From Laetmonice hystrix (taxonomy: Eukaryota), in NCBI GenBank assembly GCA_965235115.1, contig OZ249436.1, forward strand, positions 32,118,001 through 32,182,000: 64,000 nt of DNA, given 5' to 3'. Of the stretch, positions 38,662 to 51,800 are shown piece after piece. Each line of letters begins with the position of its first letter. The first letter of the stretch is position 1. Below the pieces are notes generated by a model. It made no database searches. It was given only the letters and a program-made list of their open reading frames with translations, and had not been told where the DNA came from. Made by a program: the position numbers and the translations under genes.

Positions 38662-41565
38662 CAGACAGATTTTTGCATGCAAATTGTGATGTGAACGTGG
38701 TCACTATGTCAATGCAAAGGGAATGTTTCAATCTTTAAATGTTTCCGACTTTTCATGTCGAAAATAGGTCATGTCAGTCTGCAATGCATATGGGTTCAGC
38801 GTTTCCCGGAACACTGTCATGCGGCAGAAAAAGCGGGTGAATGAGAAGAACTCCAAAGTAACAGAAGATCTTGTGGATGAGAAGAAGGAAGAGATACAGT
38901 CTGGAGCTTCACTTCAGGAACAGCGTACAGACATGCAGTGGTTGGAATCGACTATTGAAGAGGAGCCAGGCACTGAAGATCTACATGATCATGGTATGGA
39001 CTTCGTTCCAAATTACTTTGACAACAGGCACTTTTGACATACCTGTATTTGGCAATGGGGAACATGGTCGCCGCCTTTTCCGCATGGCGGCAGCACTGTG
39101 CAAGCGGTTCAGGAGGCGACATTTTAGCATAGAATTAGATAGGCTGATATCTGCTGGTTGCCATACCGACATTTGTTCTAAAAAGGTCTGACAATTTTTA
39201 AACTTCTTTCATTCACTTTAGTCCAACTGAGTTAATATTATTTAGTAATAATAAGGTTAAGTCATCCTACAGCACATTAGCATTTCGTCGTCCTATCTAA
39301 ACTTATGCTTCTTTGTCACCACAGCGTAACACTCTTTTATAGTGCTGCGCAGGAAAATTCAGGCAAAGTATCAATGGGATCATCTTCAAATCAGGATTGC
39401 ATGAAATATGCTGAATCTTCTACTGATGATGCTGAATATTCTCAAACTTCTATCATTAGAACTGAGACTTGTGTGAAAAATCAAATTCAAAACCAGAAAG
39501 AATCAATGCACATTGAAATTCTTGGTGATAATTTTGATCTTTTGGTCAGTCCCACTCACATGACGAAAGAAAAACAAAGAGAATCATGGCATTGGTTTCT
39601 TAAAATAATAAAAAAAAGAAATTTGTTCTTGCTCCAAAAGGAGATATACTCCGGTACTCAAACTAGATTCTAACTGCTGGCTTCCACCTGAAGATGATGT
39701 GATGAGGTTTGACTCAGATACATACTGATTTCCACGTTGTGTATTTAAAACGCTACACTGTCTTTTAGGCTGCCACAATGTCTCTTGAACAGCGTAGTGG
39801 TAAAATCTTGTCTAAATCCAACACAACCTACTACTAGTAAAATGTCAATCGTTTACTGTCCAAATTAGAAAACCTTTCTCATCTAGAGTGCAAGATAAGG
39901 CACTAATAGCCTAAATTACCAGAATATTAAAGCATCTTAACCTTTTAAAAGGATAACAAATTTGGGTATTTGATTTTTATCAAATGGTCTGTTATTTCAG
40001 CTGATACCAGTTGCTCTACAAAAGATGTGCTATTGAGGAACATTGTACCAGTTGAGGAATGTAATCAACAGGAGGAATGTGACCAGTGCTGATGCTGTCA
40101 CTAAGGATTCCAGGTATATGTCATGACATATGTCATGTAATATTAAACATTTGTATATGTTTTCTTTTTCTCCTTATTTCAGATGTATTTAATAAAGTAT
40201 CATATTAGGAAAATAATTTTTTTTTACTATATATAAAATTAAATGCATTTTGAGCAATATCTATTCACAGAATGCTAAAGCACGAAACTTGTATGCTTCC
40301 AGGTCTCATCATAAATTCTTGTTGGAAGTAATGGAAGCATGTATATTCTGGGTGCTGCATACGATCATTTCGGCATCCCACATGTCGCCAACTCACAGTT
40401 AGCTTTCAAATCCGAGCTCCTGCATATCGGTATGAGTGGATGCTCAAAAAACTTCTGCAAGATGGACAGGCTACCAACTGTGTGCAAACGTCAGTTACTG
40501 ATGCGGATACACTGGGATAATGTTGTGGAAAGTTTGAAACAAGCCGATGGGAAATACAAGTGTTCACACTGTCCAAAATCACATGTATACTTATAAAGCA
40601 TTACAAACACATTTGTTTTAAAAACATGTTGAAGATGTCAGGACCTGAAATAGAAAGCACACGAAGCATGTCAGTGATACCAACAACAATGAAGCTGCTG
40701 CTCCTACTGTATGACACAACAGACGCTTACAAATAGGGAGATGGGGACCAAACAATGAAGAATGCAAAATGGAATGTTGCGAAGAAGCACACCAAGTATC
40801 GACTGTGGTTATGGCGGATGTAGGCGTATGACATGGCAGTGCTTTCTCCAGGGAAGGCAGAAGGAAGGCCAGTTACACCCCAGGGGTTATTTCGGGCTAG
40901 ACAAGAATATACTCCCCTAGCCCATTTTATACCCCTATTGGAATGTAACCCCCTTCCCCTTTTTTATAATGATTTTTGATCCCTAAAATGATATGCCATT
41001 GCTCCATTGTTGAGAGTTGGTGGAATACATTAGCATTACATTTACTATTAGTTCTTCTCCTTCTCCTCCTTGAGTGTCTTCTTCTCCTTGATTTTCTTCG
41101 TCTTCGTCTTCTTTATCTGCTTCTTGATCTTCTTCCTCTAAATCTTCCCCATGTATGTGCGTCCTTGTCAACGCCTACGGTATGTTCAGGGAGTGAGTCC
41201 CTTGATGAGGTAGTACACAAACGTACTCGAACACTTGCTGTCATTGCCGCAAGAGGGCGTGCGGTGCACCAATGCCGCCAACTATGAATCGGTATTAAAA
41301 CTTTTTGAAAGTATAATACATGTATAAACTAGTCGATGTAACAAAACTAACATTAGCTGGGATTGGCTACATAAGACGGTTCCTTTAACACTAAAGGTGG
41401 AGTAGGAAAAGGGGGAGGGGGGTACGTATTATGGAGAAGATGGGGTATTTTTGCCATAGGTTTTATATTGTCTAGGTGACCTAATTTGGGAGGTACTGGT
41501 GCTTACTAACGTCGCCAAAAACAATGGGAAAGGGAGGAGGCAAAGTCATTACAATTTTCTTGGCT

Positions 41566-41785
41566 AATATCTATTACAACAATGGTTTGTTTCAAGTCTT
41601 ACCGCTAGGTGGCAGCACAATTCACAGTCATCCCAGGTGGGATCAGATCGGTTTCTGGTACGCGCGCGAGTCACTTCAGATGCCGCGCATCAGTGCTTTT
41701 TTTCTTGATCTCACCTTGGATGACTGTGAATTGTGCTGCCACCTAGCGGTAAGGCTTGAAACAAACCATTGTTGAAATAGATATT
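41566..41785. mobile_element. Near-perfect palindromic MITE (~80-bp arms)
   Basis: caacaatggtttgtttcaagtcttaccgctaggtggcagcacaattcacagtcatcc mirrored almost exactly at 41718-41774. Confidence 0.85.
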
Positions 41786-41986
41786 TCATTAACACTGCAA
41801 CAGAAGTGTGTTGTATTCCTTGTCTGAGTTCATTTTACATGATAATTCTTATGCGGCTTACCATTTTAGCCAGCTATCACCACACCACTTTTGAAATGTT
41901 CTTCAGACCAGAAACCGGGAATTTTCCTTTTTTTGGTGGCCTTACACTAACACGTACGAATCTTTAATCTGAAACCTGACACCCAG

Positions 41987-42390
41987 TGTGTAGGCCTGAC
42001 CTCACCCATTGTGTAGGCCTGACCTCACCCATTGTGTAGGCCTGACCTCACCCATTGTGTAGGCCTGACCTCACCCATTGTGTAGGCCTGACCTCACCCA
42101 TTGTGTAGGCCTGACCTCATCCATTGTGTAGGCCTAAACTCACCCATTGTGTAGGCCTGACCTCACCCATTGTGTAGGCCTGACCTCACCCATTGTGTAG
42201 GCCTGACCTCATCCATTGTGTAGGCCTGACCTCACCCATTGTGTAGGCCTGACCTCATCCATTGTGTAGGCCTGACCTCACCCATTGTGTAGGCCTGACC
42301 TCATCCATTGTGTAGGCCCGACCTCACCCATTGTGTCGGCCTGACCTCACCCATTGTGTAGGCCTGACCTCACCCATTGTGTAGGCCTAA
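41987..42390. repeat. 23-nt minisatellite, ~17 copies
   Basis: Unit tgtgtaggcctgacctcacccat. Confidence 0.97.
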
Positions 42391-43289
42391 ACTGACACCA
42401 GTAATAGTTACGAAGTTTATCCTAGGTGTCGCCATCTTGTGGCAGAGAAGTAAACATTTTCGCCTCTTTTGCAAAATTAATGCGCCACCTACTGTGAAAG
42501 AAGTGAACCAATTGGTCGTAAAGTGCTGTCCTAGTTACGTATGGAAATGGAGTGGGCAAGAAGTATATCGCATAAGAAACATTCTGGCTTAAATGACTTT
42601 ATGTGGGAATAGGGTAATCGTTCCAATATGAATGTCAATGTATCGATACAAAACGATAGGTCTATACGGCCATGAGTCATGGCATATACATAGGAATACC
42701 TGCAACTACGATAATTGTGCACCCTCTGAAAGAGTCCGTGCTCAGCTGCTTGGGACATTACTGCTTGAAGGCTATAGGCACTGCTTGCCCCCTCTCAGCT
42801 ATTAAAATGTTTAAAATTTAAACGTGTTTTATTCTTTTTTATTTTCAGCAGTACCCTTTTAGTTTCATTGAGAAATATCGTGATAGTGTGACGAACTTGA
42901 GTCATCTCTTAACTATATTTTGTATTGCTGTATTTGTTGTGCACTGTTTGACCTCACCGTTGCCATGACGTCAGCTGCCCCCTCCCCCTCACACCGCCCA
43001 GTCAGCCCTACCCCACACCTTCTGTCCAGAAAAGTAGTCAACCTGAAGTCAACCGAGTGCGGGTTTTTCACGTTTCTTAAGCATTGTTATTTATTTGTTT
43101 ATAAGGTATTCAGATATACCCCATCTTAATTATCTGAGTAATTATCGTCCCTTTTATTCCCAACAGTATTCTGAACTTTTATAACTGCGCATTGCGCAGT
43201 TTCCCTGTTTGTAAATTCTCCCAACCCTCCTGGGAGTATAAATATAGGCCCGTTTTCCCCTGTCCAGTCTAACTCAGAGTCTGCCTTGG

Positions 43290-44350
43290 ACCCGCCAGCC
43301 GAGAACCTAGCACCCCCTCGGCCGAGGCTGCCTCCGGGCCCGCCAGCCGAGAACCCACTAGCTCCCCTCGGCCGAGGCTGCCCCGGGCCCGCCAGCCGAG
43401 AACCCACTAGCTCCCTTCGACCGAGGCTGCCTCCGGGCCCGCCAGCCGAGAACCCACTAGCTCCCCTCGGCCGAGGCTGCCCCCGAGCCCGCCAGCCGAG
43501 AACCCACTAGCTCCCCTCGGCCGAGGCTGCCCCCGAGCACGCCAGCCGAGAACCCACTAGCTCCCCTCGGCCGAGGCTGCCATCGGGCCCGCCAGCCGAG
43601 AACCCACTAGCTCCCCTCGGCCGAGGCTGCCCCCGGGCCCGCCAGCCGAGAACCCACTAGCTCCCCTCGGCCGAGGTTGCCCCCGAGCCCGCCAGCCGAG
43701 AACCCACTAGCTCCCCTCGGCCGAGGCTGCCATCGGGCCCGCCAGCCGAGAACCCACTAGCTCCCCTCGGCCGAGGCTGCCCCCGGGCCCCCTAGCCGAG
43801 AACCCACTAGCTCCCTTCGGCCGAGGCTGCCCCCGGGCCCGCCAGCCGAGAACCCACTAGCTCCCCTCGGCCGAGGCTACCCCCGGGCCCGCCAGCCGAG
43901 AACCCACTAGCTCCCCTCGGCCGAGGCTGCCCCCGGGCCTGCCAGCCGAGAACCCACTAGCTCCCCTCGGCCGAGGCTGCCCCCGAGCCCGCCAGCCGAG
44001 AACCCACTAGCTCCCCTCGGCCGAGGCTGCCCCCGAGCCCGCCAGCCGAGAACCCACAGCTCCCCTCGGCCGAGGCCGCCATCGGGCCCGCCAGCCGAGA
44101 ACCCACTAGCTCCCCTCGGCCGAGGCTGCCCCCGGGCCCCCTAGCCGAGAACCCACTAGCTCCCTTCGGCCGAGGCTGCCCCCGGGCCCGCCAGCCGAGA
44201 ACCCACTAGCTCCCCTCGGCCGAGGCTACCCCCGGGCCCGCCAGCCGAGAACCCACTAGCTCCCTTCGACCGAGGCTGCCCCCGGGCCCGCCAGCCGAGA
44301 ACCCACTAGCTCCCTTCGACCGAGGCTGCCCCCGGGCCCGCCAGCTGAGA
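43290..44350. repeat. 50-nt GC-rich minisatellite, ~21 copies
   Basis: Unit gccagccgagaacccactagctcccctcggccgaggctgccccc gggccc; period 50; contains the palindrome CCTCGGCCGAGG. Confidence 0.97.
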
Positions 44351-44674
44351 TCCCACCAGGTCCCGTCGGTTGTGGCTGCCCGTTGGGCCCGCCACCCGAT
44401 ATGACGCTCCCGTGCCCGCCTATACCCCGTTCCCCGCCATTCCTTGCCCCTGTTGCCGGCCGTGGTTTCCTTTGGACCCGTCACCTGGCGTCTCTGGCCA
44501 CTGAGCACTGATCTCAATAGCTGAAGTTGTACATGACATAATGTAAACGTTTCAGTCGGCCAATTAAACTAGTCCACATATTTTTATATACCTCTGTTTT
44601 AGAGTTTTTCACTTCACGGTGCATTACTGCGTGCTAATACCATCCAGTAAAACGTATCTAGTTGTCTCGGTTAA

Positions 44675-46676
44675 AGGGAATAGAAAAGTTCAAACTATCA
44701 ATATAAGGGTGTTCAGCATGAACAAGCTTGTTCTTACCTACAATTCTGTGATTATCTGATCTTTAATAAAGGAATAATCAACCGAAATGTAGAGACATTC
44801 TCCCGCTGGCTTCGTCCGTTTGTTTACCCTATTTGGCCCTTATCTCAGTCTATTAAAGAGGCATGCTAAAATGCACGGTTTTGGGGGATTTCCGGCGATT
44901 ATCCAACATGACCGTGTACTAGGGGACTAAGTAAATAATCCTACCACAGCATTTTGTCCTCCGACGTGTTTTCGCTGCGTATGCAGCACAAGTAGGTTCT
45001 ATACATGTACTACCAAACTGATAGATTTCTCCCAAAACATCTCCCGCCATAACTTGGGAGACAACCTCCCATCAACCCGTATAATTGCGTACTGCGTCAC
45101 ATCCTGTGTGTGCACTCTGCAAACTTGTTCCTACCGCGCATGCACGACCTTTGACCTCTGCCGTTGGAGAGTGGGTGCTGGGTCACGTGCTTCGCTTAGT
45201 TGTAAACAATTCAGCAGCTGTACTCGGCATTGTTCGGCATCAGAATGCCACCCAAAAAATATTTTACGGAATCGGTAGGGAACCGGGCAAGGAAAGAAAG
45301 ATACAGAAGTTGAAAAAGATAGTAAGTCAATCTCGGAAACCAAGGCAAGTGGGTCGTTGGCGAAGTGGACCTCGAGTGTCGAGCGCGGGGATTAGCGGGC
45401 TGACCAGCGTCTGGCCTAGGCTGCCATTCGGGATTCCCTCAGGCATATGACGTCATATCTGCATATACCCTCGGGTGAAATGGGCGCCATTGGCAACCAG
45501 ATACATGGCGAAATCGACCTGTGTAGCGAGGCACTGAGTGAACCGTCATATCCCATCGAGCCAGAAAGTAGTGCATTATTGAAACCTGCTTCTTGGCATC
45601 GTATGTGCAAATATATATTTTGTGGTATGAAGGGGAACGTTTGAACTGAAAAAATCAATTACCTAATTTGCCTAAATGGGCGTGATACGGTAATTTATCA
45701 AATTATGGGAAGCAATATGGCCGCGCCCATGAACGACAGCACCACGACATGATGAACATGATACTCTCGTAATATTGCCCACTGACTATGGGGAAAACAC
45801 TGGAGGCCTATTTTAGTTGCTTCCATGTCTGATGCAGGCAAATGCTGGCGAAAGTCTTAACTAAATGTACCCGAGATGCAATGCTCAAAATGGCGCCTAT
45901 TTCACCCGAGGCTACATTCGAAGATATGGCCGAGGATTCCCGAATGCTCGGCTGCCTGGAGTGTAGATGCGGAGGGGGGAGGGGGGGAGCGACACGCGGA
46001 ACACGCTCGATTCGTTCCCGAGCCGCCATTGTTTCCCGACTCCTTCCACCACGATCGAGTGTCAGACAATTTCCTGACTGATAAAACTAAACGTACACGC
46101 GAAATATTCGGCGTTTATGCTCGCCATCTTAATGTCCCGTTCGTAACTTCGTCAGCCATGCTTCAAAACAAACCGTCAGAGCATGCGTGAGGGTTCTGCG
46201 TGTCACGTGCGTCAATAAAATCCACGTGCAAACGATGGGCAGAGCTGTTTTTCCAGATGACCAGCAAGGGGGCTCCGAAAACTTCGATTTTTCACGCAAA
46301 ATGGAACTGATAGGTCTGTCTGTGTTTACCAAGCAATTTTTATGAAGGATCTCTTCATGAAAACAGCAAAAGTTCTTTGAAATACCGATTTTCCATGTTT
46401 CCCCACAATAGGCCTAGACTCTATGCACCTTAAATAGATATAGGCCTAGCTCCTTCTTTCTCGCGTGGGAAATAGCGAATGGCCCGGGCGATATTTTTAA
46501 AAAGTCGCCGTTGACAGTGTTCCACTTATCAGTGCATGTGACCTTAGACACTTTATATGGTGTTACTGGTGTTCAAAGGTATACGTTAGTGAGGAGCATT
46601 TCTATTTTAATGTTTAATTGTGAGATTCATGCTGAACACCCTTATATTTTAAAGTAATTGAATCTGCAGTATGCCT
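44675..46676. mobile_element. ~2-kb Kolobok-like non-autonomous TIR element
   Basis: 23-bp perfect inverted repeat aatataagggtgttcagcatgaa (44700-44722) / ttcatgctgaacacccttatatt (46626-46648); left end TTAA-AGGG; right TSD degraded. Confidence 0.6.
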
Positions 46677-46924
46677 TTGGAGCCGCCTTACAAAACCCCT
46701 AAAGCGTATATTTGAAGGGTATTCCTATATATCTCCTATATGATCCGCACCAGGGGGCAGAGGGGAAAACGCTACAATACGTATCGTATAGCCTATCTTG
46801 AAAACTAAGTGAGGAACCACCATTGTCTAACTACAATAGTGTACACGAAACCATACAATTTAGAAATCCCGTATGGAGTAGATCTAATGAGCAGAAGCAG
46901 CAGAAATCCCGTTTGGAGTAATAA

Positions 46925-47000
46925 GCAGAAGCAGCAGAGACAGCAGAGGCAGCAGAGGCAGCAGATGAAGAAGAAGAAGAAGAAGAAGAAGAAGAAGACA
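46925..47000. repeat. CAG-rich and (AAG)n microsatellite
   Basis: gcagcagag repeats followed by (gaa)~11. Confidence 0.9.
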
Positions 47001-48285
47001 TGCATTTACCTCTATTAGGCCTATGTGGTTCATGCATGCAGAGACCTTTTGCTGCATAAGGGACCTATAAAAGGGCATCCATGTAGTAGCTAAATTGTTC
47101 TGGAATATTAGTCCTTGTTGGAGGGGAGGGGGGGGGGGGTGTAGACGTATTGGACCTCCGACCACAAATGGCCTAATTTCAGCTGTTCAACCTACTGGTA
47201 AACAAATAAAACATAGGCCCCCCTTTTAGAAATACTGTTCCACAGATTGCACATGTGAGGAATTCGAGACATTAAGGCCTAATCATTCGTTTATTTGGCG
47301 CCGCACATGTATAATGTTACAGGGGCTATAGGCCTACTGTAATTTATCAAAGAGTTACACGTTTCAATAAAAAAATTAAATAAATAAGTAAAAATATAAA
47401 AGAAATAATTTAAACAAAAAGCAGAAGCACTTTACATACGTATCAAGAGTTCAAGTTCAACCATCAGCCCATTGGCAATTTCCAGTCTTGCCCACCTTTT
47501 CTGACTGGTCTAGGTCGTATAACACGCCTCAACACATTCTTTGCAGGTCTACCTGTACATGTTGCTCATGTAAAACAATAAATAGGGGATTATTTGAATA
47601 TGACTTTACTCGCACATTATATGACCAGTATGCTCCAGGTAAATGGAATGAATTTATTACTATAATAATATTAATATCCTCATTCATATTTCTAGGCTGC
47701 ACCTTGCGTTAGTGAACTGATCCGGTTTACTTAGTGACTGTGACCACTAGGGCTCACCATGAGATTAACTTTTTCTTGAATAAAGATAAAGTAGATTAGG
47801 GACCATAATATCTAATCGACCGAAAGCAGTAGGCGTGGTTCACAGTCCACGTATAATAGGCTTACTTTGTCACTGAATACTCTGGTATGTAAGCGGGGGA
47901 GATCGTTGCCAGAGATTGTAGGCCTAAGTATAGCAGTATCTTTGATTATAATACGTCATGATATTTTCTCTCCAGTTCTGAGTTTCCAGCATAGAACTGT
48001 TCTTTCAACTTTCCAGAGTTTGGTGTTTCAGTGTCAAGCGATGTAAATTATGGTAGGCCTGGTATGTGCCTTGTTTATAATAGACTTCACTGATTGGATA
48101 GACTAGGTATACCATTTGAAAAAGCCGGACATAGGCGATGTTTTATTTCCGTTTTGACCTATCCGATCTCCTCTCTCAAGTCACAAGTGATAAAGCCAAA
48201 CCCAACGATAACACGCAGGGCCTATTGTTATGAGTCTTTAAGGTTTTTAAGCCAATTCAGTTTCATTCAGAAGGTAGGCCCAGAT

Positions 48286-48813
48286 TTAATCACTGTCTGG
48301 TTTAGTTTTCAGGAGGAGCGAGTCGGAGGCAATGGCCTTGTTAATGACAGTGGCTTGACGGATAGGATCCCGTTCGGCCCGGAGCCGAGACGTGTGAGTC
48401 GGGGCCGACAGTCTCTGAGCGATGTCTTCTCGTTCGGCCGCCTCCACACGACGCAGTCCCATGTACTTTGGAGCCGAATTCCTCCTGTCCGCCATGCATC
48501 GTTCGTCTGCGCTCTGCGTGGGACCTTTGCTGGCTACGGTCGGTTTCCGCACACGGTCGATGATACCTTCTACGTCATCCTGTGATACTATCCGGAAGGC
48601 AGGGGCTGCCGGGATTGTGTAGTTCCGGTACGTCGTCGTCTTACCTAGTAAAATCCGTTGTTTGAGTGCACGATTTTCCTCTGACTGTCGAATTTGTTCC
48701 AGCTTCGGATGCCCACTTCCATCGCGGAATTCCAGAGCAATCGGCCGTCCGTAATACGTGTGTTTGATGTCGTTTTTCAGCATGGAGTGAAACGTTGTGC
48801 AAAACGCCGCCAT
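48286..48813 (-). CDS. Uncharacterised 175-aa protein with two RxxxPTxxS motifs (possible microtubule/cilia-associated)
   Basis: ATG in good context (AAAATGG), coding-like GC content, internal repeat DVEGIIDRVRKPTVAS / EREDIAQRLSAPTHTS, minus-strand AATAAA at 48147-48142. Confidence 0.7.
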   Translation of the reverse strand: MAAFCTTFHSMLKNDIKHTYYGRPIALEFRDGSGHPKLEQIRQSEENRALKQRILLGKTTTYRNYTIPAAPAFRIVSQDDVEGIIDRVRKPTVASKGPTQSADERCMADRRNSAPKYMGLRRVEAAEREDIAQRLSAPTHTSRLRAERDPIRQATVINKAIASDSLLLKTKPDSD

Positions 48814-51800
48814 TTCTGCTTCAAACCTGTCTGATACACCCAGGCCTACAAACGCCTTTCTATTAAATGATATCGCGTCCGTAGATCAGCCACTGGCGAG
48901 AGAACCACGAACTACAATACACGGTGAATTGAAACGAGGCTTCCTGTTTTATGACACCCAATAAGAACGCTGTAAAATGCACGTGCTAAGAATCAAGCAA
49001 GTTGATACGCCATGTATGAGGTCCGGCTTAGAACTACGGTACCTATAGAAATAGGCTTAGTTATGTAACAAATCCTGAATGGTAACCATAAACACACGTA
49101 GGCCTAAACCTGATACCTAACATTTTAGTCTACTGGACATCCCGGCCAGTAAAGCCGAAGTTAGTGCTAGGTCCAATGTTTAAAAAAAGTCGCCTCTCTT
49201 TATGGGCTACATCACAAGATTAGGTTACACTCGGTTTTATTTTCCACCTTGTGGCTGACTTTGGAAGCTTCAGTCGTCTGGGCCAATTACAACTTGAGGT
49301 AAGAGGACTATGGGCAGGCAGGAAAGTGGCCGTTATTATAATGAAGCTCATTATCAACTACACTGTCGATATAATGGGGATTGCCTCCATACGGACAAAC
49401 AGGAAGCCTAATTTCCTGACGCCACAGTTCCTAGGACAAAGGATCGATTAAAGGGATGGTCTATTCCCGAATTTTCTCCACTTGGTTCTGTCTTATCCTA
49501 ACTGACGAGAAACATGTAATCTTACCAAATTTACCCCAGAAGCTTTATTTAGGCCTATTCGTGATTCTTGCGAAATTTGATGAGCACCCCTTGATCGGCT
49601 CTGAAAATCGCGGCACGCGTTTTTCAGTAGGGTGTTTACAGTCATCCACTCACAACTCGTGACGTCGTATACACAGATTCGCCTCGAGCTAAGCACTCGC
49701 ACCCAGGGTGCATTGCGCGAGACAAAAGCGAGGCTGCGCACCAGCACATGGATGAAGAAGGCTTTCCCAACAACATGCCGCGTGCTAGTACAACTGAATC
49801 AGTGAAGAAACGTTTGCTCGGGATCAGGATAGATCGAAACGCTGAGTGTATATTAGGGCCGCTTTTAATCGCTTGGTGAATTTACGGGAAGTTCTTGGCT
49901 TTCGAGCAGCTGACAATGCCGGTGCTGCTTCGGTGCCTCCAGAGTTAACGTTGGGTGTCACCTAACGCCTGATGTCCAAACCGTCCTCCCCCTCCCTACC
50001 TTCCCGCGGAAAACATTTCATCGACCTTCGACCAGCTTAAGGCATCGACCCAAAGTACCATCATTCTTTTCATGGAATACATTTCCAACCAGTGGATCAG
50101 CGGCCGCTGGTCAACCTCTGACTGGTCTATGTACGGCCGGTCAATCCGGACACCGCCGCCTCCCCAGTTGCGGTTTCAGTTCAAACGTAACATATTTGTT
50201 ATTAGCCTACCAAATTCCAACAATTTCAAGCAACAAAAATACAGTAATGGAGTTGGCGTTGTCTAGAAACAAAACAGTGCTGGCGTTAGCGTCTGCCATC
50301 GCCGGTCATATGACCCCATCGAATCATGTGACTGGAAGTAGGCTAGTTTCAACATGGCAGCGCCCAAAATACATTCGAGGTGTTTTGCGTACGGAAAGCC
50401 CGAAATGTTGCGATTGGGTGAGCACGAGGCGAGGCCGAGGGTAGACCAGGAGATTGCAATCGGTGAAACCCTCTCATGCTGGATTGTCAACAGCAAATAA
50501 TATCACCCATGGAGGCTTACTCGTCCCCCCTCCTGTCTGAATACAACAGATGTATTTCGTTGTACTATAAAATACGAGTTAGATCTAGGCTACTTCTGTT
50601 GGGTGATCGCTATTTGGCTTGCCCGACGATGAGGACGCCATCTTGTTCGGCTGCGTCATCAATAACTGCGTAGAAAGTCACGTGAGGGAATTCCCTTCCA
50701 GTTCAAATCCAACGTGGTGAAATCATAGCACGTTTTTCTCTCTCGATTGATCGCGATTTTCGGTTGTACTGCAGGTAACACGCAGGTTTTGTCCCTATTG
50801 GACATTGCAAATATTCGTACACGTCTTTGGTAACATGCAGGAAGTAATATTAGAAAATTGCTAAAATTTCCCTACATTCCACGCTATCATCTAGCTTTAA
50901 CTGTATAATTATACCTAACTCTAAATAGTAGCAATAACGGACGTTTGTGATACTCCCCATAACAATACAACCTACCCCACTGATCTATTTCCCTGTTCGT
51001 TCAAACCTTACATTAGACCTAAGACGCAAAGGCTATACTTATTGACTGCGATGGGAAATTTTATTATTAGCATGAATTGGCGAGAGCTATTTATTAACCA
51101 GTGCTAATTACATATCATTCGCGAGGGGCCGCCGGTTGCGTTTTGTTTTTCTCAATGTTTCCAACGTTTGACCAGCGGCCGTGGCACAGCTGTACCCACG
51201 ACGTTCACTCAATAACTTGAAAGAAAATGGCCGAACTGTCTCGAAATTGGCAATTAAACTGATTCCCTTCGCCGCCAGGTCAAGCCTGAAAATCGGTTTG
51301 GATCAGCCAACAAAAAACTGGCGACTAATTTTTGCTATAGGCTTAGAGCTGTCATTTCGTAGAATACAGGCATCTTATAGGGACAATTTATTAGGGGGAG
51401 AGAGAAATTAAAATGTTAAATTATAATGCCTGTAATACAGTATCTTTTACAGTGACAGTTCATCTGTTGTTTCTTGTTTAAAATGACGCATGAACAAAAT
51501 TATTGCTCAAATTAAAAGACCAAGTGCCTAGTTTTAATTTGCAGGTTCTGTTTATGCATGTCCAAGAAGTGATTTGATGTTATCCATATATCTTTTCTAA
51601 CATTTATATTAATGGGCCTAACATGTAGGCTGTGTTCTGCGAAGAAAGACATTTAGAGAGATATAGAGAGAGATATATGGAAATAAACAATGCCATGAAT
51701 GATGCGTTCCATACATGTTATTTAAAGCTACATTTTTAAAACCTGTAATATCGACCCCCTGCCATATAAATCAGCTTAGTGTCATATGTAAAACTCAAAT

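Larger units (their letters stand above)
32771..40870 (+). pseudogene. Intron-containing transposase-like gene (DUF6589 / Academ-like), 5' exons open, 3' part decayed
   Basis: Phase-compatible exons 32771(or ATG 32837)-33790, 36007-36116, 36339-36533, 37423-37567, 38768-38993; then ILGDNFDLLVSPTHMTKEKQRESWHWF (~39520-39600) with a frameshift near 39620, and DAYK*GDGD...KHTKYRLWLWRM*...VLSPGKA (40690-40860) with stops. Family call from recalled motifs. Confidence 0.65.

Noticed and set aside
40976..41287. Acidic E/D-rich minus-strand ORF
   Set aside because: No ATG start, upstream in-frame stops; likely a degenerate fragment of the insertion that truncates the transposase-like gene.
41987..44350. 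Regular repeat arrays as CRISPR
   Set aside because: Units are head-to-tail with no unique spacers, no cas genes, and the context is eukaryotic.
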